A DNA stretch of 25,971 bases from a virus (IMGVR_UViG_3300005805_000423:1-25971), one strand, 5' to 3'; shown: positions 16,652 to 25,514, numbered from the stretch's first letter. Notes: a model not told the origin generated them from the sequence alone. Program-made: numbers and translations.

Positions 16652-16687
16652 ATTATAGAGGAAACGGGGGGTGGGGTCAACCCCCCG
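16652..16687 (-). promoter_or_regulatory. Early promoter TTGACC-N17-TATAAT fused with a terminator-like hairpin
   Basis: -35 at 16675-16680, -10 at 16652-16657; stem CGGGGGGT/ACCCCCCG (16665-16687) followed by TTTCCTCT. Confidence 0.85.
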
Positions 16688-16697
16688 ACTGATAAGA

Positions 16698-18845
16698 TTA
16701 ACTAATGAGTGTGGCAAAGGAAGTCAGCATCTTCTTATTAACACCTTTCTTGGCAAGTGCTTTAGTAAATGCTTTACCGATTTCTCTATCAGAAGCATTC
16801 TCTTCCACATCAAATTCGCTATTCGCAGATAGCGAATCGGTGCCCATCAGGTAGAGAGATTGATAACCAAGATGGTTAGGAAGCTCAGCAGACTTAGATT
16901 TTTTCCATTGCTGTTGCACTTCAGTATAAGTAATAGAGCACTCTTCAGCATTGTAAGTGGTATTCAGACCGCGACCATTCACCAGACGAATACCAATCAG
17001 GTTTACATCAGGGAAGCGGTCACGCACATTCTGTAGAAACACTTTGGTGATGAGATCAGAGTTACCATAGTATCCACCATCCTTGAAACGAGGATACACA
17101 CGACCAGTCTTACGATCACGCAGAATACAATCACTGCTGACATAGTTAGTGCCCATACGATTACCATACTTATAGTCAGTATAGTAATTGATGCTAGCAG
17201 ATTCACCATCCGTGAGAATAATCACGTTAGTCTTCTGCACCTTGTTACGCTTCTGGAAATCAGGGATAATTGCGGTCAGGGAGATTGCTGCCTCATGAAG
17301 AGGAGTGCCAGACAGACTATAACCAGCAGGGGTAGAGTAACCACAATAACCAGCGTTACCAATAACAAGACGCCAGAAGTTTTTCAGTTGTGCTTCTAGA
17401 TCTTTGCCATTACGACCATTGCTGCTAACGAGATTCAGCATACGGAAATTATGACACAGTGCCACTTGACCTACTTTAGGTTTCTGAATTTCAGATGCTT
17501 TATTGCGAGTACAAGTTTTATAATCATAGGATTTCTGAAACCAATAGTCATTGGTGAAAGCAAAGATATCAAAAGGAATCTGCACTTTCTTACAAAACCA
17601 CGCAAGGTTGAGTAGTTGCTTGGCGGTATCTTGCAGGATACTACCCATAGATCCAGACCAATCGAGAATGAAGATCAGACCGTGATTCTTGCCATCAGGC
17701 ACTACATTGATTTTCTTGAATACATCTTCATTCCACTTGTAGGTGTGGAGTTTCTGAGTATCAAGAATACCAGTCTTAGCAGTGCTAGCACGAGCATACT
17801 GATCTGCAGACTTACGCATTTCAAACTCTTTCACAAGGTAGTTAACCTCGCGTTGTGCTTCGCTACGAAACTGCAGATACTGACTGTCAACTTCACTAAA
17901 CAAAACTTGCGCTTGCTCATTGAAACAAGTGTTGCAATCTTCCATCACTTGCTTGTTAGGAATGACAACCGACTCCACTTTAATATCAGGCAACTCAATG
18001 TAATTAAAATTCTGAGCGCGAGGATAATCGCTAACCAGTTGTTTCTGATTCTCGGTAAATGCCTTATCAGTTTCAGACTCTAGCGTATTGTGTTGACCAC
18101 CGCCAATACCAGCACCTTCACCCTGATCATTGGGTTGATCAAAATCAGCACCTTGAGTTTGATTGCCGTCACCAGAAGTTTGCTGAGGTTGATTACCTTC
18201 ATCTTCAGAAGGATCTTCACCCTCAGATTGAGTAGAATCACCCCCACCTTGAGTAGATTCTTGGAGATCTACCTGTGCTTCTACAACCTCTTGCTGCTCC
18301 TGCTCCTTAGTATATGCAAGAATCTTGCGAGCAACTTCCACAACTTGATCAAAAGTTTCGGCATTATCGAGCTCATCTACCAGCACTTTCTCTTCTGGTT
18401 TCCAAGTGAAAACCTCACCAGCATGGAGACCAATCTTAAAGTAGAGATTGATACGGTCAATCAAAGCATAGGTATCCATGCCACGATCACCGATGCAGAA
18501 GAAATCATCATCCTGCAATTCTTTATAACCAGCAAAGAAGTTGCGAGCGAGACCAGGAAACTTACGCTTCATTAGTTTCTCGATACGAGCATCCTCACAA
18601 ACATTCAAATAAGACTGAGGAATGCCATAGTCATTACCCCACTTATCAGGAGTATAGAGAGCATGACCGACTTCATGACCGACCAGCATATCATATACGT
18701 TAGCAGATGCTTTCTCCCACATAGGCAGAGTCAGCACACGATCCTTCACGTTAAACATCGCCGTCTCAACAGGGCGGTGCTCTACGATCAGATTCTCGGT
18801 AGCGAGCAGTCGAGCGAGGGTGCCCTTGACTTCGGCGTTAAACAT
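16698..18845 (-). CDS. HExxH metallopeptidase-like plus VWA (CobT-like) protein (start MFNAEV)
   Basis: HEVGHALYT and NVCEDARIE, acidic Q/E/G linker, MIDAS DWSGSM, GTPL, ILTDGE; adjacent to cobS. Confidence 0.88.
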   Translation of the reverse strand: MFNAEVKGTLARLLATENLIVEHRPVETAMFNVKDRVLTLPMWEKASANVYDMLVGHEVGHALYTPDKWGNDYGIPQSYLNVCEDARIEKLMKRKFPGLARNFFAGYKELQDDDFFCIGDRGMDTYALIDRINLYFKIGLHAGEVFTWKPEEKVLVDELDNAETFDQVVEVARKILAYTKEQEQQEVVEAQVDLQESTQGGGDSTQSEGEDPSEDEGNQPQQTSGDGNQTQGADFDQPNDQGEGAGIGGGQHNTLESETDKAFTENQKQLVSDYPRAQNFNYIELPDIKVESVVIPNKQVMEDCNTCFNEQAQVLFSEVDSQYLQFRSEAQREVNYLVKEFEMRKSADQYARASTAKTGILDTQKLHTYKWNEDVFKKINVVPDGKNHGLIFILDWSGSMGSILQDTAKQLLNLAWFCKKVQIPFDIFAFTNDYWFQKSYDYKTCTRNKASEIQKPKVGQVALCHNFRMLNLVSSNGRNGKDLEAQLKNFWRLVIGNAGYCGYSTPAGYSLSGTPLHEAAISLTAIIPDFQKRNKVQKTNVIILTDGESASINYYTDYKYGNRMGTNYVSSDCILRDRKTGRVYPRFKDGGYYGNSDLITKVFLQNVRDRFPDVNLIGIRLVNGRGLNTTYNAEECSITYTEVQQQWKKSKSAELPNHLGYQSLYLMGTDSLSANSEFDVEENASDREIGKAFTKALAKKGVNKKMLTSFATLIS

Positions 18846-18868
18846 GGGTCTCTTTCGTTGATGAATCA

Positions 18869-18902
18869 ACTATACAGCAAAGGGGGTGCTGACGCAACCC
18901 CT
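18869..18902 (-). promoter_or_regulatory. Early promoter TTGCGT-N17-TATAGT fused with a terminator-like hairpin
   Basis: -35 at 18892-18897, -10 at 18869-18874; stem AGGGGTTGC-GTCA-GCACCCCCT. Confidence 0.7.
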
Positions 18903-18908
18903 CTTAAA

Positions 18909-20633
18909 CTATTCTGATGCTTCTTCAGTGACGTATGAGAAATTCTTATGCTTCTCAAATCGTAGGCAGCGATCAAACTTATCTGCGATATTGTCTCGAT
19001 GAGAGATAACAAATACGTTTGTCTTCTCATCAAAGGTTTTAAGAATCCATCCCAGATCACTGTTACCAGATTGATCAAGTGATCCGTCAAAGATTTCATC
19101 AAGGATTAAAAGATTAGTATCCACGCTATTCTTAAGTTTAGCAATACTACGCCAAGTAAGCAGCAGAGAAATATCAATTCTAGCTTTCTCTCCTTCACTA
19201 AAAGATTCATAACTAAATTCATCCCTGTAACGTGATTTGATTACCTCTTCAAAACTTTCGTTGAGCATAAACGATGCTGGGAATTCCATCTTATCAAGAT
19301 AATCATTGATAAGTTTATTCATCGTCGGGAGGTATTTTTTGATGATCCTCGTTTTGATCCCCGAGTCTTTGAGAAGTTGCGCTGCTGTGAGTAGGCAATC
19401 TTTTTCTTCTTTTGTTTCCAAAATCGTTTCTTGGATTCGCTTTCCGTCTTGGTCGAGGGATTTAAGAATCGAAAATTGCTCCCGTTGATTGACATCTGAA
19501 TCCCGCAGTTTTCTGATGTCGTCGTCCAGCTCTTCAATTCTTCTATGAAGTGACTTAATTTCATTATTGAGTTGTCTATTCTTTAGATTGAGTTCGTTTA
19601 TTTCATCAATCAAAAGAATAAAGGTATCTTCTTTACTTTGGAGATCGGAAAGTTGTTGTCCCAAATCAGACATTGCTTTTTCCACCTCAACAAGTTTATC
19701 CGAGAGAATCTGGATCTTTTCTTGTTTAAAATGCTCCTCAATCTGCTGCCCACATGTCGGGCACGAATCATTCTGCTCAAAGAATATTTTTTCCTTATTA
19801 TATGTTTTTTGTTTGGATGATATTTTGTTGCTGAGCGTATTAACCTTAGTGATCGTTGCTTTAAGCGTCTGCGTGTCTGAAACGGCAGAGGTCTTAGCGT
19901 CGATTTCCTTGTCGTTATGGAGGATTTCTGTCTCATAATTTAGAGCTTCTGTTAACAGAGATTCTTTCTTATTCTCTTTTTGTTGAATATCTTCTTTATT
20001 CTTTTTATCAATTTCGATCATAAACTGCTTCTGCATATCAATCTTCTCTTTAACGAGAGACAGTTTATATTCGTGATCTTTTAATTCGTCGTTAATTACT
20101 TTAAGTTTTTCTTTCAGATTGACATTCATTGTTGAGAAGATTTGAATGTCAAGAATGTCTTCGATGATTTCTCTGCGAGCAGCAAGAGGAAGACGCATGA
20201 ATGGCACAAAGGTCGATGACCCGAGCACAACAATTTGAGTAAACGATTTGTAATTCATCTTCAGAATCGTTTGCTCAAAATGTTTCTGCTGATCTACGGC
20301 AGAAGAATCTTGGTTAAGTAGAGCACCATTCTGATAGATTTCAAACTTCGCTGGTTTGATACCACGAATCACTTTGTATTTATTACTACCAATATCAAAG
20401 TTAATTTCTACAACACAATCACTTTGATTGATGGAGTTGAGAAGTTGTGGTTTATTAATCTTTCTGAATGGTTTACCGAATAAAGAGAAGGTAAGAGCAT
20501 CCAGAATGGTTGACTTGCCAGCACCATTAGTACCCACAATCAAACTACTTTTTCTATCGGTCAGTGAAATCTCGGTAAACTGAGCACCAGTAGAAAGAAA
20601 GTTTTTCCATTTAATCGTCTTGAAGATTATCAT
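18909..20633 (-). CDS. g46: gp46 recombination nuclease subunit (Rad50/SbcC-like ATPase; start MIIFKT)
   Basis: WKNFLSTG, GTNGAGKST, CPTC zinc hook, coiled coils, FSEGEK signature, LILDEIFD, VISH. Confidence 0.96.
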   Translation of the reverse strand: MIIFKTIKWKNFLSTGAQFTEISLTDRKSSLIVGTNGAGKSTILDALTFSLFGKPFRKINKPQLLNSINQSDCVVEINFDIGSNKYKVIRGIKPAKFEIYQNGALLNQDSSAVDQQKHFEQTILKMNYKSFTQIVVLGSSTFVPFMRLPLAARREIIEDILDIQIFSTMNVNLKEKLKVINDELKDHEYKLSLVKEKIDMQKQFMIEIDKKNKEDIQQKENKKESLLTEALNYETEILHNDKEIDAKTSAVSDTQTLKATITKVNTLSNKISSKQKTYNKEKIFFEQNDSCPTCGQQIEEHFKQEKIQILSDKLVEVEKAMSDLGQQLSDLQSKEDTFILLIDEINELNLKNRQLNNEIKSLHRRIEELDDDIRKLRDSDVNQREQFSILKSLDQDGKRIQETILETKEEKDCLLTAAQLLKDSGIKTRIIKKYLPTMNKLINDYLDKMEFPASFMLNESFEEVIKSRYRDEFSYESFSEGEKARIDISLLLTWRSIAKLKNSVDTNLLILDEIFDGSLDQSGNSDLGWILKTFDEKTNVFVISHRDNIADKFDRCLRFEKHKNFSYVTEEASE

Positions 20634-20898
20634 ATGATCGCGGGGGAATAATAATGTCGTCTGGTTCAACTATAATGTATTTCATTCCTCTCAACTCACA
20701 CATACCAACACCAGATTTAGCATCAATTTCATGAGTGACAAGGGATGGAAGATTGTCTTCTTCGTCGTTTGCTTCAAGCAAACCAAGATACCTTTCGGCA
20801 TCGTCTTCTTCTCTGAAGAAGTATACTACATGATCACCTTCTTCGTCAATAACCGAATATACTCCGTCTTGATGCTCAGCAAGAGTGATCAGAAACAT
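20611..20898 (-). CDS. Conserved hypothetical between g47 and g46
   Basis: GVYSV..F.EEDDAERY..DDIIIPP pattern; tight packing between g47 and g46. Confidence 0.8.
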   Translation of the reverse strand: MFLITLAEHQDGVYSVIDEEGDHVVYFFREEDDAERYLGLLEANDEEDNLPSLVTHEIDAKSGVGMCELRGMKYIIVEPDDIIIPPRSYDNLQDD

Positions 20899-21948
20899 TT
20901 ACACTACCTCACAACTTTCAATATATAGTGTTTTCATTACAGACTTTAATTTAGCTTTGTCTACGGATATCTCTACCTCATCAATGTATTCATTCAGAAG
21001 TGTGAGAGTATCTTTGATTTCTACATTGTCATCTTCTTCCACAAAAGAATCATTGACCAATGTTTCAATAATTTTAACGTCGTGTGGTTGAGTTGCAAAC
21101 ACAGAGTCTACAAACTTCTCAAACTCATTGTAGTCTTTCTTATCTTCTACGATAATCTTGACAAAAGAATTTGCACACTCACTGGTATCGAAGCTGAGAT
21201 GAGAACCAGTAGAATCATTATAATAGATTTTCTGGAAAATCTCATAAGGGTTTTTGACCCGCTGTAGTTTATTTGTTGTCGGTTCATAGAGATGAAATCC
21301 TCGCTCGTCTTTGTAATCATTCCAAAACATCTGGTAAGGATTACCAAGATAAGTAATATTACCTCTAGATGATTTGTGATGGTAGTGACCAGAGAATACT
21401 TGTTTAAATTTTTTGAAGATGGAAGGATCCATGCCATGCTCCTGTTTGTTACCAGGAGTCACTTCAAATCCAGAAAGCTCTAGATGACCCATAGCAATTT
21501 CAGCACTGGTATCTTCAATCCAACGCATTGTCTCTTCGTAGTTAGAAGAGTTGATCCATGGCATCATTAGAATTTTAGCACCATCAATCATTACTGTCTC
21601 TGGGCGAGAATAAACTTCGATGTTACTAAAATCTTTTAGCAGCAAATCGGGAGAATTAATTTCGTTAGTGTTTTTATAATACGTGCAATGATTGCCAAGA
21701 ATCATGTGAACGAAGATACCCATGTCTTCAAGACGTTGAAAATAATGAGTACGCACACGGTTCCAAACATTGAAATCAATCCCCTTACGATTATCAAACG
21801 TGTCACCGAGATCGATAACAGTTTTAATTCCTCGTCTCTCCAGTGTCGGGAAGAAGATGTCGTCGTAGAATTTTTTGAAGTATTCCCAAAACGCAACACT
21901 GCCTTTTCTCCCGTCTAGATGTTGGTCAGTAATAAGAGCTACGGTCAT
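20899..21948 (-). CDS. g47: gp47 recombination nuclease subunit (Mre11/SbcD-like)
   Basis: ITDQH, LGDTFDNRK, GNH, GHLE, FSGHYHH metallophosphoesterase motifs. Confidence 0.96.
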   Translation of the reverse strand: MTVALITDQHLDGRKGSVAFWEYFKKFYDDIFFPTLERRGIKTVIDLGDTFDNRKGIDFNVWNRVRTHYFQRLEDMGIFVHMILGNHCTYYKNTNEINSPDLLLKDFSNIEVYSRPETVMIDGAKILMMPWINSSNYEETMRWIEDTSAEIAMGHLELSGFEVTPGNKQEHGMDPSIFKKFKQVFSGHYHHKSSRGNITYLGNPYQMFWNDYKDERGFHLYEPTTNKLQRVKNPYEIFQKIYYNDSTGSHLSFDTSECANSFVKIIVEDKKDYNEFEKFVDSVFATQPHDVKIIETLVNDSFVEEDDNVEIKDTLTLLNEYIDEVEISVDKAKLKSVMKTLYIESCEVV

Positions 21949-22460
21949 CGTTTAGATCTAATCTCAAGGTTTTCTTTGATGCTATTCATGTCAGCACTGC
22001 TGCTACTATAACCGTACATGTCGCCACTGTGACTATCCATATGCAAAACTTCATCAAACCCTGACCTTTCAAGAATCTTAGTCTTGATTTCTAGTTGCTT
22101 TTTCTCACGTTGAATCCTACGCAAGAAAGCGTAGTAAATAATCTGAGTAAAGTAAGCAAATGGATTAGTAGACTTTTCTGGATTGAAGTTGTCAATATAC
22201 TGCAGACAATTTTCAATGCCATCACATATCATATCTTCCCTAAACATGTAGTTGACAAAGTTAGGTTTGTATGATAAGTGTGTAGCGATCTTAAGAAAGC
22301 ATTCTCCAATATAGTTTGGCACTTTTGGTTTGGGCAAATCTGCTTCTTTGGCAGCAGCAACCTGCTGTCGATACACCATCAGGGCATCGAGAAACTCACG
22401 GTTATTAACGTAATTTTCTTTGGTTGTTCTTTTACCCATCGGTTTTTCGACTGTTAGCAT
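21945..22460 (-). CDS. g55: gp55 late-transcription sigma factor
   Basis: YVNNREFL, YIGECFLKIATHLSYKPNFVNY, NPFAYFTQIIYYAFLRRI; alternative start at the second Met possible. Confidence 0.96.
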   Translation of the reverse strand: MLTVEKPMGKRTTKENYVNNREFLDALMVYRQQVAAAKEADLPKPKVPNYIGECFLKIATHLSYKPNFVNYMFREDMICDGIENCLQYIDNFNPEKSTNPFAYFTQIIYYAFLRRIQREKKQLEIKTKILERSGFDEVLHMDSHSGDMYGYSSSSADMNSIKENLEIRSKR

Positions 22461-22483
22461 GGTTTGTATCCGTTGGTGTTAAC

Positions 22484-22512
22484 ATTGTAACACATCCAAC
22501 GGTTATTGTAAA
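22484..22512 (-). promoter_or_regulatory. Early promoter for g55, TTTACA-N17-TACAAT
   Basis: -35 at 22507-22512, -10 at 22484-22489, 17-nt spacer. Confidence 0.75.
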
Positions 22513-22517
22513 GGGGC

Positions 22518-22546
22518 TTGACACAACTCTTAAATCCGTATATAAT
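22518..22546 (+). promoter_or_regulatory. Perfect-consensus sigma70 promoter on the non-coding strand, TTGACA-N17-TATAAT
   Basis: TTGACA 22518-22523, TATAAT 22541-22546; no plausible plus-strand gene downstream. Confidence 0.8.
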
Positions 22547-22561
22547 AGCAATGTGGCGCTT

Positions 22562-22981
22562 TCAAGATTTGTTATATATCTCTTCTAATAACTTCTTAGC
22601 TTCTTTAATAGATCCTAGATAACCCTCATGTGACTGGGGGTTTTGTCTTTTTGTATTAGATTTTTTTTCTTCTACGTTTCTTTTTTTATACTTTGTTTTA
22701 TCTTGTAGGTGGTCTTCGTAGCAAAGTATTAGTTTTGGATCTAATTCAACCATTGTAATAATTTGATCTCTGGGAATCACAAACATATTTTCAAATGTTG
22801 CATTCATCCAATCATCAAACACAAGACCTTCTACAATAAACTTTCCTTGCTTTTCTTCTATTTTTTCAACTAATCTAGGTTCTAATAAAATGATAACATC
22901 ATCATTTGGATCGTAACTGACCTTTGCTACGATCTCTTCACCAGAAGTTAATTTGATACTAGCGTAAAATTCTTCTTCCAT
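22562..22981 (-). CDS. Conserved hypothetical, Sm-like fold candidate
   Basis: FYASIKLTSGEEIVAKV..P..WM..IITMVE and C-terminal GYLGSIKEAKKLLEEIY; usual position between uvsW and g55. Confidence 0.82.
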   Translation of the reverse strand: MEEEFYASIKLTSGEEIVAKVSYDPNDDVIILLEPRLVEKIEEKQGKFIVEGLVFDDWMNATFENMFVIPRDQIITMVELDPKLILCYEDHLQDKTKYKKRNVEEKKSNTKRQNPQSHEGYLGSIKEAKKLLEEIYNKS

Positions 22982-22982
22982 A

Positions 22983-24461
22983 TTATCTTAGATCTATTTT
23001 AATAATTTCTACATTAAAATTTTCTTCCTCATAAATTTTCAAACGCTCATCTAAATGTTTCAGTGTATAATTTTTGTGTGGTGTGCGGCAATACTCATCA
23101 GCAATATCATAAAGAGTTGCATAAGTTTTGTTGTTGCCCTTACGCAATACACGACCGATAGATTGTAAGTTTCTTACTCTTGATTTTGAAGGCGAAGCAA
23201 ATACAACATTGTGTAAATTACGAATGTTGATACCAGTGCTGAATGTTCCGTATGAAGCAACAATCACTGCGTTGTTTTCAGTTTCAGTGATACGTCTGAT
23301 CTCTTCACGCTCTTCTGTGTCTACACCACCATAGACTAGAAAAACTTTACGACCTTCTTCGACAACACTATTTATGCTCTCATATAAAGGCATCCCATGA
23401 CGCTCAACGTAATTGAATAACACAAGACTGTTTCCCTCTAAGTCTCTGACGAGATTTCTAATCAACCTGTTACGTTTAGGATTGTCAACGATTGCATCAA
23501 TCTCATTCTGGTAATCAAAAAACTCTTGCTTCTCATGCTTAAGTAAAAGCACTTTGATTCTAAAGTCAGACAGATGACCTTCCTTAATAAGTTTTTCTGT
23601 TTTGGTTACATGCTTACATTCACCAAACAATCCTTCAAGCACCCACTTGTGAGTAGCAGATCCATCAAGTGTGCCAGTGAAACCAAAACGATACTTAGCT
23701 TCATGCAGTTTAGTCATGATGCCAACTAGAGATTTAGATTTAAATAAGTGTGCTTCATCACCAATGACACAAGAGAAATCATCAAACCAACGTTTAGGAA
23801 ACTTGTAGATAGATTGCCAAGTAGAAATGATGACTGCTTTCTCTATATTTTTATCTTTACCTCCGTAAATTTTGTGGCAATTTTCTTCCACATCCCAACC
23901 ATAATCTTCAAAGTCTTTATACATCTGCTCCACTAGAGAAGTGGTGGGCACAATGATAAGAGTTTTCTTTCCAGTCTTTTTATACTCTGATGCATAGTAA
24001 TAACGCACCAAAGAATAAATCATTAAAGATTTACCTGATGCAGTTGGAGAAAGTAGAAGTCTACGGTTGTTTAGTAGTGCTTCATATACTGCTTGTATTT
24101 GATAATCTCTTGGTTGATGGTTGGGGCATACAGCTGCCATGAATCCTTTAACACCGTCAAGTGTTATCATAGGATTCTTTTCTTCTACATCTCCGTAGAA
24201 TTTGTTTGCTTGGTAAACGATTGAGTAAGATTTGATTCCACACCATTCTCTGAGGTGTGATATGAGACCACAATATAACTCACCTGTTCCTGGCGAGTAG
24301 AGGCGGATCTTCCCATCCCATACTCCACTTCTATACTGGGGCATGAATTTAGCGTTTGGGATGTCGAATGTGAAATAATCCGAGAGTTCGTAGTGGACAT
24401 GAGGTTCTGCTTTAATAGTTAAGTAAATGTTGTTTTTCTTTGATACTACCAATTCTGTCAT
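22983..24461 (-). CDS. uvsW: UvsW SF2 RNA-DNA/DNA helicase
   Basis: WDGKIRL, PRDYQ, SPTASGKS, DEAH, GFTGT, STGINI, LQSIGRVLR. Confidence 0.96.
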   Translation of the reverse strand: MTELVVSKKNNIYLTIKAEPHVHYELSDYFTFDIPNAKFMPQYRSGVWDGKIRLYSPGTGELYCGLISHLREWCGIKSYSIVYQANKFYGDVEEKNPMITLDGVKGFMAAVCPNHQPRDYQIQAVYEALLNNRRLLLSPTASGKSLMIYSLVRYYYASEYKKTGKKTLIIVPTTSLVEQMYKDFEDYGWDVEENCHKIYGGKDKNIEKAVIISTWQSIYKFPKRWFDDFSCVIGDEAHLFKSKSLVGIMTKLHEAKYRFGFTGTLDGSATHKWVLEGLFGECKHVTKTEKLIKEGHLSDFRIKVLLLKHEKQEFFDYQNEIDAIVDNPKRNRLIRNLVRDLEGNSLVLFNYVERHGMPLYESINSVVEEGRKVFLVYGGVDTEEREEIRRITETENNAVIVASYGTFSTGINIRNLHNVVFASPSKSRVRNLQSIGRVLRKGNNKTYATLYDIADEYCRTPHKNYTLKHLDERLKIYEEENFNVEIIKIDLR

Positions 24462-24937
24462 TAGGTGTTACCATTAATAAATTTCTCCCACTCAATAGCG
24501 TTTTTAATTTGGAAGCTCCTGTTTGAAATCATCTTCAAAACATTATCTAAAAAGAAGAGTGCCTTATTAATAAACTCTATTTTCATTTCAATGTTAATTA
24601 AATCTTCATCCGCTTCTAAGTAGACTTTCATCTTCTCAGATGTCTTAATGGATTGACCAAATGGTTTTTCCTTATAAACTTCAGGGTCTGCCTCTCCTTG
24701 ATAATATTCTCGTTTATCTTTCAACTTCATGCGATACTGGAATTCCAGTGCTGTCTTCTCTGTAGAGAAATCGTTATAGAAGTTTAAGTATTTATTGTGC
24801 TGGTAGGGAATGTCTAATGAGATCTGTGCTAGATCTGCTGAGTATTGCTTGTTTTTAAATTGAAAGTCGATGTGTGAATCTTCTTGCCATTCTGATTTAA
24901 CATGATCAAAGAGGGTTTTCAAATCTTCAAATTTCAT
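24461..24937 (-). CDS. uvsY: UvsY recombination mediator
   Basis: IPYQHNKY, YYQGEADPEVYKEKPF, YLEADEDL, RSFQIKNAIEWEKF. Confidence 0.93.
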   Translation of the reverse strand: MKFEDLKTLFDHVKSEWQEDSHIDFQFKNKQYSADLAQISLDIPYQHNKYLNFYNDFSTEKTALEFQYRMKLKDKREYYQGEADPEVYKEKPFGQSIKTSEKMKVYLEADEDLINIEMKIEFINKALFFLDNVLKMISNRSFQIKNAIEWEKFINGNT

Positions 24938-24940
24938 AAA

Positions 24941-25456
24941 TTAAATCCTTTTATTGAGTTTATCAGTAAAGTAATATTTGGTAAATTTAAATGATGTGTT
25001 AGCAGTCATGTATTCTACATCTGTATCTGCAACATCGAAAGATAATTCTGTTAAGTCTACTGGAAAAATATCTTCAAATACAACAATTACATTTGGATTA
25101 AAATTGCTGTTTAAAATTTGTAATCTTGCAGTGGAGTATTCTGGATAAAGTTGATCATCAAAATCTTCGGCAAGATTGTTTTTATAAATCCATTTCCAGA
25201 TGGTTAGATAATTTTGAAGATCTTCATCGATAATAAATTTTAATCTAAGATCTCCAAATTGTACTCCTCCTGCTGATGCAATAGGAATACCTCTGTATCG
25301 TGTAGAAACTTCTGTGCTGCCTACACTGATGTCTGGCACGTTGACACTTTGGCAAAAGAAATCAACTCCAGGAAAAATATCCAAATCAAATTTAAAACCA
25401 ACTGGTGCAAGAAAATTTCTATTAGTTGGTTGATTCTCAACCCATTTTGCTGGCAT
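24941..25456 (-). CDS. g3: gp3 tail completion / sheath stabiliser
   Basis: NRNFLAPVGFKF, VDFFCQSVNVP, FIIDEDLQNY..W, FPVDL; directly after g23. Confidence 0.9.
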   Translation of the reverse strand: MPAKWVENQPTNRNFLAPVGFKFDLDIFPGVDFFCQSVNVPDISVGSTEVSTRYRGIPIASAGGVQFGDLRLKFIIDEDLQNYLTIWKWIYKNNLAEDFDDQLYPEYSTARLQILNSNFNPNVIVVFEDIFPVDLTELSFDVADTDVEYMTANTSFKFTKYYFTDKLNKRI

Positions 25457-25475
25457 GATTCTATCCTTTTTTTAC

Positions 25476-25483
25476 TATTTATT
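25476..25483 (-). promoter_or_regulatory. Late promoter variant AATAAATA for g3
   Basis: ATAAATA core between the g23 terminator and the g3 ATG. Confidence 0.6.
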
Positions 25484-25488
25484 TGCAT

Positions 25489-25514
25489 AAAAAAAAGACC
25501 CCCGAAGGGGTCTT
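25489..25514 (-). terminator. Rho-independent terminator after g23 with cUUCGg loop
   Basis: AAGACCCC-TTCG-GGGGTCTT followed by a T-run. Confidence 0.92.

Noticed and set aside
18090-18310. Low-complexity Q/E/G-rich stretch as a repeat element
   Set aside because: Encodes the disordered linker of the peptidase-VWA protein; no regular nucleotide periodicity.
11119-20669. Longer N-termini in the ORF track (starts 11169, 11768, 14395, 16680, 18869, 20669)
   Set aside because: The extensions run through promoters, leaders or upstream genes; downstream ATGs fit the SD, promoter position and family N-termini better.
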